Positions 1-13,094 of a stretch of DNA of 64,000 nt are shown here, piece by piece. The stretch lies in the NCBI GenBank assembly GCA_951406725.2, contig OX597817.1:81840001-81904000 (forward strand), written 5' to 3'. The notes beneath the pieces are model-generated. The model saw only the letters and a program-made list of their open reading frames with translations, was not told the origin of the DNA and searched no databases. Made by a program: the position numbers and the translations under genes. The stretch is from Octopus vulgaris (lineage: Eukaryota). Every line of letters begins with the position of its first letter. The stretch's first letter is position 1.

Positions 1-270
1 TCTCTGAGTCATGTCATTAGGATGGAGAGGGTGTGTGAAGTGTTGTGCAAGCCTTACTGGACCTAAAATTTTAGGTTGCGTAATCGCCGGCGAGGAGATT
101 TTCCGATTCCGGGTCGAGTAGGACGGCACTGCGGTGTGCATGGAAGCTGCAGGCGCGAGTCCGAGTGAAGTCGATCGCAGGGCAATAATCTCATCCACGG
201 GCATTATCGACATTTTGCAGGAGCAATGGTTAATCATGATCTTCCTCGGTCACGAGTGGACAGTCATCAT
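1..270 (-). mobile_element. Probable 5' end (UTR/ORF start) of an RTE-like non-LTR retrotransposon, truncated by the window edge
   Basis: GC-rich block abutting a (TATG)n tract. The minus strand begins GATGACTGTCCACTCGTGACCGAGGAAGA, resembling RTE 5' ends. No RT motifs are visible in the window. Confidence 0.3.
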
Positions 271-407
271 GTATGTATGTATATACAAACGTATATATAA
301 ATACAGACTTAACACACACATACACACATACACGCACGCACACACACACACAAACATGCATACATAAATGCATACATACATATATACGTACATATATACG
401 TACATAT

Positions 408-440
<33 letters not shown>

Positions 441-510
441 TATATATGTATATGTACATATATTTGTATGTATATATATGCATATATATATATGTATATA
501 ATTATATCTT

Positions 511-552
<42 letters not shown>

Positions 553-583
553 TATATATGTATGAATATATATGTACATATAT

Positions 584-991
584 AGGCGCAGGAGTGGCTG
601 TGTGGTAAGTTGCTTGCTAACCAACCACATGGTACCGGGTTCAGTCCCACTGCGTGGCATCTTGGGCAAGTGTCTTCTGCTATAGCCCCGGGCCGACCAA
701 TGCCTTGTGAGTGGATTTGGTAGACAGAAACTGAAAGAAGCCTGTCGTATATATGTATATATATATGCATGTGTGTTTGTTTGTGTGTCTGTGTTTGTCC
801 CCCTAGCATTGCTTGACAACCGATGCTGGTGTGTTTATGTCCCCGTTACTTAGCGGTTCGGCAAAAGAGACCGATAGAATAAGTACTGGGCTTACAAAAA
901 GAATAAGTTCCGGGGTCGAGTTGCTCGATTAAATGCGGTGCTCCAGCATGGCCGCAGTCAAATGACTGAAACAAGTAAAAGAGTAAAAGAG
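584..991 (+). mobile_element. tRNA-derived SINE family A, full length
   Basis: A-box-like TGGCTGTGTGG, B-box-like GGTTCAGTCCC, CTTGGGCAAGT core-like motif, internal TA/TG microsatellite, tail GCTCCAGCATGGCCGCAGTCAAATGACTGAAAC and (GTAAAAGA)n. Near-identical to 5052-5468. Confidence 0.9.
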
Positions 992-1344
992 TATATATGT
1001 ATATTTGTATATAAGTATATATACATATGGATGTATATATATATATATCTATGTGTGTATATTTATGTATATATATATGTGTGTATATATATATATATTT
1101 ATGTACGTATATATATATTTATGTACATATATTTATATGTATATATATGCATATATATGTATATATATATATGTGTGTGTATATATATGTATGCGTATGT
1201 ATATATGTGTGTATATATATATTTGTATATATATATATGCACATATATATATATGTGTGTGTGTGTGTATATATGTTTGTGTGTGTGTGTGTAAGTATAT
1301 GAATATAAGCGCGAGTGTGGTTGTGTGCTAAGAAGATTGCTTCC

Positions 1345-2603
1345 GCGCATGCGTCGGATTATTTGCTGTTTGGATTTTGTAAGAGTCGAACGTAGTTTTT
1401 TGTGTTGCTTAGATGTACTGAGACGTTGACGGGTCTGAGTTGTCGTCGTCGTCGGAGCTTGTAAGGGCAGTCATAAAGATGGACGGAGTGTTGAAGGCAA
1501 GGAGTTTTGCTGAATCCACGAAGGTGAATCGAAGGGAGCTGGACTTGGTTGGTCTGAAGGAGTACGAGAAGGTGGACGGCGACGTAAAGTTGTTGCTCCC
1601 CAAAGGAATTATGGAGAGGATGGAGAAAAAACAATCATCTATAAGGTGTACTCACTGAAAGGAAAAAAAATCAGAACAGGTGGAAGCAGAAGTGGAAAAA
1701 GAAGTAGTGCTTCTGCCCACATACCTTGGAAGAAAGACTTCCAAGGTGAGGGTAGAAGCAAATCCACCGGATATAGAAGTGGCTTGAGTAGCGGCAGCTG
1801 TCCTTGTTGGAAGCGAGGGAAAGGTGGCTGTCCTCCAAGCCACAGAAACGGAAGAAGGAGGGTGAAAAGGAAAGACATTCGAACTCATTATTCAGGCGGA
1901 GGAGGGTTAACTGGAGAACTTGGCAGAGACGGTGACGTTGGGAGAAATCGTGCTGAGGGTGTGGGTAGAGGGCAGAGTACCACGTTGTTTCCAATGTGGC
2001 CAAAAGGGCCACATTAGAGCATACTGCCCTCTACAGAGGACAATAGTGGATGATACAGTTGTGAAGACGAAAGAGAAAAGAGAGGAAGAAAAGACAGACG
2101 TAGGAAAGGAAGAAAATGAGGAAGAATGGAAAGTTATAGAGAGCAGAAGGAGAAAGAGCAAAAAGAAAAAAAAACACTGAATATGATGTGGTACTCCAGT
2201 CCAATCTCCATCCACCCAAGACCACTCAGACTCACCCACCCCATACAGACACCAAACCCACCCACTCCATTTCCCAAAATTTAGAAGACCCCTCCCGGGG
2301 AAAAGGTTACGAATGCATGGCAGAGAGAATGATGTCACTAAGTGATGGAGAAAGGAGAAAAAAGATAGGACTTAGGGCCTAGAGGCGGCGAGTGGTGTTA
2401 CTCAGTGTTGGGTGAGTAGCACGCTCTTCTAATATCATTTCCAGATATCATTCATGTTATCATATTTTAACTTGTTTTTCATGTTCATTTTCATGTGTCA
2501 TTCATATCATATTTTATTTTTATATTTTTAATTGTTATATGTCCCCACATGTGTTGTAGTGTTCGCCTCTGTGTAAAGCCTTTATGGCAATTTAAAAGAA
2601 ATA
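1345..2603 (+). mobile_element. Internally deleted Tx1/L1-like LINE (ORF1 remnant plus 3' end) inserted into a family A SINE head
   Basis: Frameshifted ORF1 pieces (1440-1658, 1920-2180) with gag-type zinc knuckle CFQCGQKGHIRAYC followed by a K/E-rich tract. 3' end ...TGTAAAGCCTTTATGGCAATTTAAAAGAAATAAA. Flanked by a 15-bp near-duplication. Confidence 0.7.
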
Positions 2604-2925
2604 AAGAAGCTTGCTTCCTAACGACATGGTTCCAGGTTAAGTCCCACTGCGTGGCATCCTCGGCAAGTGTTGTCCAATTGCCTTCGGCCGACCAAAGCAA
2701 TATCAGTGGGTTTGGTTGACCGAAACTGAGAGAAGTCTGTCCTATATATAGGACAGACTTCTCTCATTATATATATTTATGTGTATGTATTTGTGTCTGT
2801 GTTTGTTCCTCACCAGCATCGCTTAGAAGCTGATGCTGGTGTGTTTATGTCCCCGTAACCTAGCGATTCGGCAGAAGAAATCGACAGAATATGCCCCAGG
2901 CTTACAAAAAATTGTAATACGCTGC
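2604..2925 (+). mobile_element. SINE family A, diverged; head is at 1309-1344, split by the Tx1-like insertion
   Basis: Colinear with 584-991 from the GCTTGCT onward. Confidence 0.8.
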
Positions 2926-2930
2926 AAATG

Positions 2931-3002
<72 letters not shown>

Positions 3003-3015
3003 GTCAAATAGATAC

Positions 3016-3089
<74 letters not shown>

Positions 3090-3951
3090 ATATATGTATA
3101 TATATATATTAAAGTACGAGTGAGGATATATAAACCTCAGAGTTTATAGAAATATCCACAATGAGATTGGTAGAATACCTTATAATAGAGGCACGCACAT
3201 ACATATATATTATTATCATAAAAACCAAGAAAGAAGATGGAGATAAGATTATTCCTGTTTGCTTATTTAATGTTTGCATTATGTTTTCAGTATGTTATAT
3301 ATAAATTTCTTTGTACGTTCTTCCGTGATGATATTCTGGCTTATAATAATTAACCAGATTGATTTAATGAAATGAAATTTGATTGATTTTAGAAAGGGCA
3401 ATAATAGAAAAATGGGCTTAAACGGAAGAAGTAAAAAAAATGGAAGCATATGTACATATGTACATACACGCAGAAAGGTAAAACATTACGAAACCTTTGA
3501 AGGAAAAATTTAACAAAAGAAAATGAAAACATTATAAGTTTTTTTTAATGCACCAATATGTAGTAAAACTTAAATTGCAATACGTAAAAATACGACTCAA
3601 TAAAACGAACGATGAGTGCCACCAAGCTGATTTGATTCTTTCCTATTTATATCCAATTTTTAATCATAATTTTCCTCTGATTTATTTTTGTTTGTATCAT
3701 TGGATGATAACCAGCCAACCATCCAACCAACCAACCAACCAACCAACCAACCAACCAGCCAGCCAGCCAACCAGCCAGCCAGCTAAACAACCACCAGGCA
3801 TTACTTGAAACCGTTGCTGCATTGACTGATATGCGTTTTTTCTTGACTGGTTCATTCATATTACCCTCTATGGACCACATGGTCATATATATCCACCCAC
3901 ATACACACCCACACACGTATGAAAAACACGCAAAAGCAAGGACACACACAC

Positions 3952-4010
<59 letters not shown>

Positions 4011-4335
4011 GAAATACACCTAGAAAGAGTATGACAGAGGGGCAGAGATATACATGGAGAGATAAGGAATGAGTGAGACACACATACACACATAAACATA
4101 CACACTCAAAAAGTGAGGGAGAATGAGGCGGGAGAGCGTATGAGGGAGAGATTGAGAGAAAGACGCGTGTACCCCCACCGCCCAAGTAGATAGATAATTA
4201 AACTACTGCCCACACACTGCCGGGTGTGCCGCAAAAGTCTTTGGCGGGGTGTAGGGGTTAATTTTCGAACGTTGATTTCTGTAGAGACGGAAAGAGAAAT
4301 AGTGGAGTGGGTTGTGTAAGAGATGTGGAAGACGA

Positions 4336-4367
<32 letters not shown>

Positions 4368-4730
4368 ATGAACGTCGATGACAGCTGGTTCATTTTACAA
4401 CCGTAATAGTGGGCGGGTGGTGACAGCGGAGACGTGGCAATATGTAGGTGCGTTTCTTTGTGTATATGTAGGTGTGTGCGTGTGCATTTAAAAATCTAAC
4501 CTTCTAAGAATGAAACACTCCTTAGCAGAAGTTTGCAACTGGTTAGGGCGGGAAATTAGATTATTTCGTTACACAATCACGACACCTCACTCAGAGTCAA
4601 CCTCCGCAATCACATCCGTGTGTCGACTGGTAGCGCCAACGTGTGCGTGGTGCACACACACATACACACAAACACAACACACATATACATACATATATAT
4701 ATATATATATACACGCACACACACACACAC

Positions 4731-4788
<58 letters not shown>

Positions 4789-4791
<3 letters not shown>

Positions 4792-5030
4792 GGAGTAAAC
4801 ACATAAATGTGAAACAAGGTGGAAAAAAGAGTACTCAAATACCAGTGGTAGAGTAATATGGTTTATTTAAAGCAGCAGAAAATTCAACAAAATCTGTTAC
4901 TCTGAGTTTCTCTTTGCCGTTCATCAGACAGTTTTTGCTAGCAGTTTTTTCTAGCAAAAACTGTCTGATGAACGGCAACGAGAAACTCAGAGTAACATAT
5001 TTTGTTGAATTTTCTGCTGCTTTAAATAAA
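4789..5030. mobile_element. PLE-type terminal remnant forming a foldback palindrome with an HHR motif on each strand
   Basis: About 80-bp arms at 4862-4941 and 4951-5030, between (TA)n tracts. Second copy at 11057-11415. Confidence 0.75.
4962..4997 (+). ncRNA. Minimal type I hammerhead ribozyme motif (mirror copy at 4895-4930 on minus)
   Basis: tgt-CTGATGA-acggcaacga-GAAA-ctcagag-TA-aca: stem I tgt/aca, stem II cg/cg with GCAA loop, stem III ctc/gag. Confidence 0.8.
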
Positions 5031-5051
5031 GTATATATATATATATATATA

Positions 5052-5467
5052 GGCGCAGGAGTGGCTGTGTGGTAAGTAGCTTGCTAACCAACCACATGGT
5101 TCCAGGTTCAGTCCCACTGCGTGGCATCTTGGGCAAGTGTCTTCTACTATAGCCCCGGGCCGACCAATGCCTTGTGAGTGGATTTGGTAGACGGAAACTG
5201 AAAGAAGCCTGTCGTATATATGTATATATATATAAGTGTGTGTGTATATATGTTTGTGTGTCTGTGTTTGTCCCCCCAGCATTGCTTGACAACCGATGCT
5301 GGTGTGTTTACGTCCCCGTCACTTAGCGGTTCGGCAAAAGAGACCGATAGAATAAGTACTGGGCTTACAAAGAATAACTTCCGGGGTCGATTTGCTCGAC
5401 TAAAGGCGGTGCTCCAGCATGGCCACAGTCAAATGACTGAAACAAGTAAAAGAGTAAAGAGTAAAGA

Positions 5468-5468
<1 letters not shown>
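5052..5468 (+). mobile_element. tRNA-derived SINE family A, full length
   Basis: Near-identical to 584-991. Confidence 0.9.
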
Positions 5469-5514
<46 letters not shown>

Positions 5515-5553
5515 CATATATATATATATATATATACATATATATACATATAC

Positions 5554-5972
<419 letters not shown>

Positions 5973-5995
5973 TATATATATATATATACATAGAT

Positions 5996-6027
<32 letters not shown>

Positions 6028-6225
6028 GCATGCATGTATGTATATATGTAGTTTATTTAGGCCGGTCCAATTGCCTGTTCGAGGTATTGTTGGTTACTTA
6101 GACAAGATAACACTTGACTCGTATTTTATTGTTTGAAGAAAAATGCCGGGAAACTTCAGAATAATAGGCCTCTTATCGACCTCAATATATATGTATGCAT
6201 ACATGCATATAAACATATCTATCTG

Positions 6226-6287
<62 letters not shown>

Positions 6288-6325
6288 AATCTATCTATCT
6301 ATCTATCTATACATAATATATACAT

Positions 6326-6369
<44 letters not shown>

Positions 6370-6370
<1 letters not shown>

Positions 6371-6570
6371 GTAAATCCCCAAAAGAAGAACAAACGCCAA
6401 AAACAACAACGCGAGGACGTGGTAGATGTAAAGTATTAGGAGACGCTCAGGTAAGGAAAGAAAGATGGTTTAACGTTTCGAGCAGACGCTCTTCTTCGGA
6501 AACAGAGGAAAGTCCAATAGAAGGGAAGACGGAAGAAGAAGATCGCCAACGATTCACATGTGGCTACATT
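6370..6570 (-). mobile_element. PLE-type terminal remnant with minimal HHR (6468-6503)
   Basis: Minus strand gttt-CCGAAGA-agagcgtctgctc-GAAA-cg-TT-aaac. Homologous to 62268-62475. Flanked by (TA)n. Confidence 0.75.
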
Positions 6571-6613
6571 ATATGTATATATATATATATATATATATGT
6601 ACATATATTTCTA

Positions 6614-6705
6614 CTAGCAGTAATACCCGTCGTTGATCGGGTAATTACTTTTACCCTTTCTCGGGAGCCACGTTCAAAGTGTTATTATATATATATATAG
6701 AGAGA
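6614..6705 (-). mobile_element. Minimal non-autonomous Helitron-like element
   Basis: Minus strand starts A|TC(TCTCTATATA), ends with hairpin TACCCG..CGGGTA then CTAG|T, giving an AT target with no TSD. Confidence 0.55.
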
Positions 6706-6761
6706 TTTACTCCTCCTGTATGTGTTATTTTGTATATCAATACAGTAATGACAATTATATA

Positions 6762-6880
6762 ATACACAAGGCTTTGGTCGGTACAGAGTTGTAATGAAAG
6801 AGAATTGCTCAACGTGCCGCACAGTGAGGCTGAACCAAAGGCGGCATGGTTGGAAAGCAAGCTTCTCAACACACAACCAC
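6762..6880 (-). mobile_element. SINE family A 5' part, degraded
   Basis: Reverse complement of the family A head and core. Confidence 0.6.
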
Positions 6881-8210
6881 GATTATAAAGGAGAGACACA
6901 TTTTGGATAATATACTCCTTGATACAATATGCTTAACAAAAAAACTGGTTGTTTTCGGCGAGGAGAGCTTTGATTTTAATATTTACAACGCTACACCATA
7001 CAAGGTGTTCTAGAAATAACTATCTGTTTCAATGAAATTGAGCAAATTTGAAAAAAACTGACAGAATTTTATATTTATTACCAAAACAAATAGATTTATA
7101 AATCTTACGTCAAACTTTTATTGAACATTTTCAACACGTCTGTATCCCTGCATACTTCGGATCTCTCCTTAGCGCTGTGAAACACATTTGAAACATTCCA
7201 GGAGTTAGCTCCAGCAATGCTAACTGAATGTGTTCTTTAAGCTCAGCTAAGCGTTTGCTCCATCTTGGGGATGGATGTAAAGAAAATGATCGCTGCCAAA
7301 TTGCAAAAAAGCTGTCATGGACAAATAAGAGGGGGTCCAACAGGAATGAAGATAAAATTATAAACAGAATTCAAAATTTATACACGTTTAACACATATTA
7401 AACATGATAAACATAGTTAAAAGTGAGTTTTAAAAAAGAATGCATCCAAAGAATGCGGGGGTGAGGGTGGGGGGAAACAAATTGCAGGTGGCGAGCTTAG
7501 CTTCTGGAAGGGGTCACGCAGTCAAACTCAAATAGTTGCGAGTCACAACAGCAGTTTGCATTTTATAGTTCAGACATGGATAACATAGAAAGCAGACATG
7601 TTGCCGTGCCATGCTGCGTTGCGCAGGATTGGAAACGTGAAGCATCAACAGGGCACTTCTGGAGAATGAATGAATGGGTTTGTCGTGCATTCACGCAGCC
7701 GCACACACACGCACATGGCCCGGCGGTGCGCGGGACGGTAATATGAAGCATCGCCGACAAAAATTTTAATGTTCTTCTCATTTTCTCTGCCAAATTGGAC
7801 AAAACGGTTTCCACGAAATATACGCTACTTATAAGGCATAAACAGTGTCAATATTTTACCGTCGGAAAATGGCCTAAAACAAAGATAAAATCCAGTGCAG
7901 TATGCTCAAAGCTGATTAATCTGCATTTTGGGGGAGCCCATAGTCGGTGTCGGAAATCTTTTTTAGTCAACAGCAATTCGAGGAACCTCATTAAAGTTTG
8001 TTGCAAATTCGGAGGAAAGCGACTGGATACTTTTCGAATTTCGGGCCTTAATGTTGCGAAAATGCTTTAAAATGCGGTTTATCTGCCCCTAGGCCCGCAT
8101 CAGGCAAGTAGTTGAAAATTGTTTTGGCCCATGACACTCCATGGGTGGATCACGAGTATTAACGACGTAACAAACACACAGATACAATCCTATATTATAT
8201 ATATATATTA

Positions 8211-8540
8211 CTGGTGAAGGCCGGTTTACAGGTTTACCCTAGTTTTCTCGCCATAAAAGATACTTTTATGCCGTATCTTCAGATTCTAAGACCTGTTGGT
8301 CTATGACCTCTTTAAAATACGGAGGGGAAACGATACAGATGTAAACAAGGGGATTATCTCCCTTTGCTGCTAGCTATCGGCTTCCGGTCGTGTTGCCATC
8401 TTTCAGCTATGAGGGTAATCAATAGAGGGTTATCTCTCTCTCCTAAAGTGCAAGCGCGTGCTTACACTTCAGGAGATTTCTGCCGGCGTTTTTGGAACTG
8501 CATAATAATAGAATACCACAGCCGAAAGTTGATTGCTGAT

Positions 8541-8571
<31 letters not shown>

Positions 8572-8783
8572 CTTTATTGTTTACCCTCATAGCTGAGAGA
8601 TGGCGACACGGCCGGAAGCCGATAGCAAGAAGCAAAGGGAGATAATCCCCTTGTTTACATCCGTGTCGTTTTCTGGTCCATACTTTTAAGAGGTCATAGG
8701 CCAACATTCTTAGGGTCTGAAGATATAAAGGATACTTTTATGGCGAGAGACCTAGGGTAACCCTGTAAACTGGTCTCCACCAG
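8211..8783. mobile_element. MITE/foldback element with about 230-bp terminal inverted repeats, TA target site
   Basis: TA|CTGGTG...CACCAG|TA. Arms about 8211-8442 and 8553-8783 align as imperfect inverted repeats around a roughly 110-bp spacer. Confidence 0.85.
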
Positions 8784-8853
8784 TAATAAATATAGACTGC
8801 TGTACTTCTTAGTGTGTGCTTCTACTCCGAATTTTATGCTTTTCTAAAGAACG

Positions 8854-8906
<53 letters not shown>

Positions 8907-9345
8907 CTTCCCCCCAAATTTCAGGCCTTGTGCCTTTAGAAAAAAAAAAATCGTTAGCACGTTTGGCAAAATCCCTAGCGTCATTTCGTCCGTTTTTGTG
9001 TTCTGGAATCAAATACTGCCGGAGTCGATTTTGCCGTTAATATTTTCGACTTCGGTAAAATAAGTACCAGTTGAGTACTACCTTCACAAAGTTACTGGCC
9101 TTGTGCCAAAATTTGAAATCGTTTATAATATTATTTCTTTTTCTTAAGGTGGCAGAATCGTTACCGCGTCGGGCAAAACGCTCAGCAACATTTTTCCTAC
9201 TCTTTACGTCCTGAGATCGTATATCACCGAGGTTATCTATGACTGTCTTTCTTTTCAGAGTCAATGAAATATAGTAAGTGCCAATCCAGTACTGGGGTCG
9301 ATGTAATCGACAAAAAATGGTGACTTTGTGTCAAAATTTGAAGAT
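8907..9345 (+). mobile_element. Tandem array of SINE family C units
   Basis: Repeated GGCAGAATCGTTA...AAATAAGTACCAG..TACTGGGGTCGATGTAATCGAC...GGCCTTGTGCC units head to tail. Confidence 0.75.
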
Positions 9346-9490
9346 TATTATTATTATTGTTGTTGCTGTCATCATCATCATCATCATCATCAGCATGGCA
9401 TTTAATATTGAATTTGCAATATATATGTGTCTATATTTACACATACATATTATATATATATACGTATATGTACACATATACTGTATATGT

Positions 9491-9655
9491 ATTAATAGAA
9501 ATGGTAAGACAACAAAAGAATGAAGAGACCTCGATATTATGTAAATAGAGGACTTTATCTGTAATATAATATGTGACAATTATTCGGTTGCCATAATAAA
9601 ACTCCGAGTTTCGGATGTCGGGGCGGAAACCTGCTCCGGCATCTCATCAGTTAAC
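9491..9655 (-). mobile_element. PLE-type terminal remnant with canonical-core HHR (9595-9654)
   Basis: Minus strand taa-CTGATGA-gatgccggagc..gccccgacatcc-GAAA-ctcggag-TT-tta. Related to 5647-5892. Confidence 0.75.
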
Positions 9656-9884
9656 GAGGCAATCGAAAAAATGCTATGAAAATGATCGTTAACCTTTTGT
9701 ACAACCTTTTTTTGTTTAAAGCTCCAAATCATATATCATATACTTCGCGGCCGCAAAGTATATCATATAATATATACTTTGCGGATCACAAAGTATATAA
9801 TATAATTTGGATGATCAAGAAACATATAAAAACAATTGTATAGAAAAAAGGCTGATGAAGACATAAAAGGAACTAATATACGGA

Positions 9885-9885
9885 A

Positions 9886-9975
<90 letters not shown>

Positions 9976-9983
9976 AAGAAGAA
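9885..9983. repeat. (AAT)n(AAG)n compound microsatellite
   Basis: Directly visible. Confidence 0.95.
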
Positions 9984-10330
9984 CAAAAGCACTCATCGAG
10001 TGCAAACCTCCGCCAAGGCAACACCAACGTCCTCTCGACGATTAGCCGGAGATGATTTCTAAAATGAGAATATCTGAAATAAACTCTCACAAACGAGGTT
10101 ACTAAAAATGAACCCGACTGCTCTCAAAAAGTAAGTAAAAAAACCGGAAAAACAATCCGGATCGATTCCAAAATCTAATCATTTAGTGCCAGTCACGAGG
10201 CCAAACATCTCTGTAAGTTTCATCCGAATCCATCCAGCGGTTCTTGAGATATCTTGTCCATGGACAAACAAACAAACAAACAAACACGACTGAAAACAAT
10301 ACCTCCGCCTTCGCTAAGGTTGAGGTAATA
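9982..10330 (-). mobile_element. Helentron-associated non-autonomous element (HINE/DINE-1-like)
   Basis: Sub-terminal repeat ACCTCCGCC at 10006 and 10301 with palindrome ACCTCCGCCTTCGCTAAGGTTGAGGT, (AAAC)n microsatellite, terminal stem-loop GCACTC-ATC-GAGTGC, T-rich ends. Confidence 0.7.
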
Positions 10331-10454
10331 AATAAATACTATTACGTATGTTTTTCGTATGGGATTGTGGAATAAGCAGTTCGTTATGCTAATTTTCAGT
10401 TATTCATTAAAAAAAGAAAGTCTTTGCGAAAGGATTTTGCGGGCTGTACAAAAT

Positions 10455-10727
10455 GGCTACCAGTTGATCCGATCGACAGAAGGACCTACTCGTGTTACTA
10501 ACTTGCAAGTAGTTGAGCAATCCACAGACACGCGTACCCTTTACGCGGTTCTCAGGGTTATTCAGCGTAACACAGAATGAATCAAATGTGGCCTTGTTGT
10601 CAGTTGAGTGGACCAGAGCAATGTGACATGAAGTGTGTTGCTCAAGGACACAACGTGCCATCAATATCGAACTCAGAACCTCATGATCGTGAGCCAAATA
10701 CCCTAACCACTTAAGCACACGCCTTCT
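10455..10727 (-). mobile_element. tRNA-derived SINE (head type B2 plus tail T2)
   Basis: Minus head with AGTGGTTAGG and GAGTTCGA boxes, GTGTCCTTGAGCAA core. Tail shared with 34215-34587 and 39990-40277. Confidence 0.75.
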
Positions 10728-10767
10728 CGCTTTAGCCACACATCTTCATGTGTACATATACACTCAC

Positions 10768-10857
<90 letters not shown>

Positions 10858-10896
10858 GGCCGCTGTCTAATGAGTGAAGCAAATAAGAGATAAAAG

Positions 10897-10956
<60 letters not shown>

Positions 10957-10984
10957 ATATATACATATATATATATATATCTCA

Positions 10985-11056
<72 letters not shown>

Positions 11057-11058
<2 letters not shown>

Positions 11059-11415
11059 TTATTTAAAGCAGCAGAAAATTCAACAAAACCTGCCGTTATG
11101 AACGCAACGGGAAACTAAGTAGTTTCCCGTTGCAGTCATGAACGGCAACGGGAACTCAGAGTAACAGGTTTTGTTGAATTTTGCTGCTAAATGTTAGTTA
11201 GTTAGTTAGTTAATTTGGCTCAAAAGCAATAAAGGCCATGTGGGGGACATGAGTTAAGTACAGGTGGTGTTCATGTAAAGAGTTCAGGCCATTTGAGGTC
11301 AAGGGAGGCTTTGAACAAAGCGGTCGTCGGCATCGTAATAAAGCATATTACTCTACCACTGGTATTTGAGTACTCTTTTTTCCACCTTGTTTCGCATTTA
11401 TGTATTTACTCCGGT
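11057..11415. mobile_element. Second, rearranged copy of the 4789-5030 HHR palindrome, interrupted by a LINE 3' end
   Basis: 11057-11190 is palindromic with ATGAACGGCAACGGGAACTCAGAGTAAC. 11340-11415 is the reverse complement of 4789-4865. Confidence 0.7.
11192..11335 (-). mobile_element. 5'-truncated LINE 3' end with (TAAC)n tail
   Basis: Insert splitting the palindrome element and ending in tandem TAAC on the minus strand. Confidence 0.55.
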
Positions 11416-12125
11416 ATATATATATATATATGTACATATATATGTATATATATATATTTATATATATAAATATGCAAATATGCATACACACACAAACTCA
11501 CACACACACACAGATACAAGTATCTATATAGACATATATGAATATACGCAATTGTACCCACACAGACAAACATATAAAGATTTTCTGTCGTTTTTTTTCA
11601 TACAATAGTTTTGTACGCTATTTGAAAGTTGGTGACGGAGATCGTTATTTAATTCTGTTTAATTGAATGTAGGAAACATAGCTGACGCAATATGCTGTTA
11701 TTCCATCTGGGTAGAATAATGCCTCTTACTCATCTCATTTTTAATAAGTTTGTGCGTGTTTGTGTTCGTGTGTGTGTGTTTCTGTATGTGTATGTGTGTT
11801 TGTGTGCGCGCGTGTGTGTATGTGTGTGTGTAAAGACAGGCTAAACTATTCAGGATGTTCTTCAGATCGTTTTGAAGGGAGAGGGAGAGAGAGAGAGGGT
11901 GGTGACGGAGAGAGGGAGAAATGGAAAAAATGAGAGAACTAGGGTTCCCTCACTCCAGTGGTTCACATTCCAGTTAACCCCTATCTGGGACGCCAACATG
12001 TGTTACTGTTTGGGTTCAGAGTAACCAGGAAACAGTAACGGCTAAGACTGGGTCCAACACTCCTCAAAAGCTTGGAACTCCCTTACCAGAGCCCCAATAC
12101 TTGATACAGTTTAAAGGTGTGCATA

Positions 12126-12186
<61 letters not shown>

Positions 12187-12189
<3 letters not shown>

Positions 12190-12304
12190 CCAGGTCGCTT
12201 AGCCAGTGAGGTGGCGTCATTTGAAGGCTAAAACAATGCGAAGCGCACTGTGACCAGCGATTTGTAGCTACATCTGATAGCCTGGTCGGTCACTTGATTA
12301 CGTG

Positions 12305-12305
<1 letters not shown>
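12187..12305 (+). mobile_element. Isolated SINE/LINE tail T1
   Basis: Matches 15453-15562; ends in (CACGTGAT)-like repeats. Confidence 0.75.
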
Positions 12306-12347
<42 letters not shown>

Positions 12348-12367
12348 TAGATAGATAGATATATGCA

Positions 12368-12446
<79 letters not shown>

Positions 12447-12469
12447 TTATCTATCTATATATATATATA

Positions 12470-12640
12470 TAATGTAACCATTGGTGATTTTTCATTCTTC
12501 TTCTTTGAACTTTTCCCTTTCTCCTTTCCGACGAAGAGCTATGCTCGAAACGTTAAAAACTCTTTCCTTTCGCTGAGCGTCAAACTAATGTCATTCTTGT
12601 GCACGTCCTCATATTGGTTTTTTCTATTGGTTTTTTAAAA
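12470..12640 (+). mobile_element. PLE-type terminal remnant with minimal HHR (12525-12557)
   Basis: ttt-CCGACGA-agagctatgctc-GAAA-cg-TT-aaa. Related to the 6370, 36213, 52620 and 62268 copies. Confidence 0.7.
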
Positions 12641-12729
12641 TTTATTTTTTTAATTATTTGTTCGTTGAATTGACTATTTGTGTGCGTGTGTGTGTGTAGG
12701 TGTATGTGTGTGTATGTGGGCGCGCGTGT

Positions 12730-13094
<365 letters not shown>

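Noticed and set aside
4100-4660. GC-box-containing promoter-like region (also CGCCATTT near 22222)
   Set aside because: Short motifs are expected by chance and no linked gene is identifiable.
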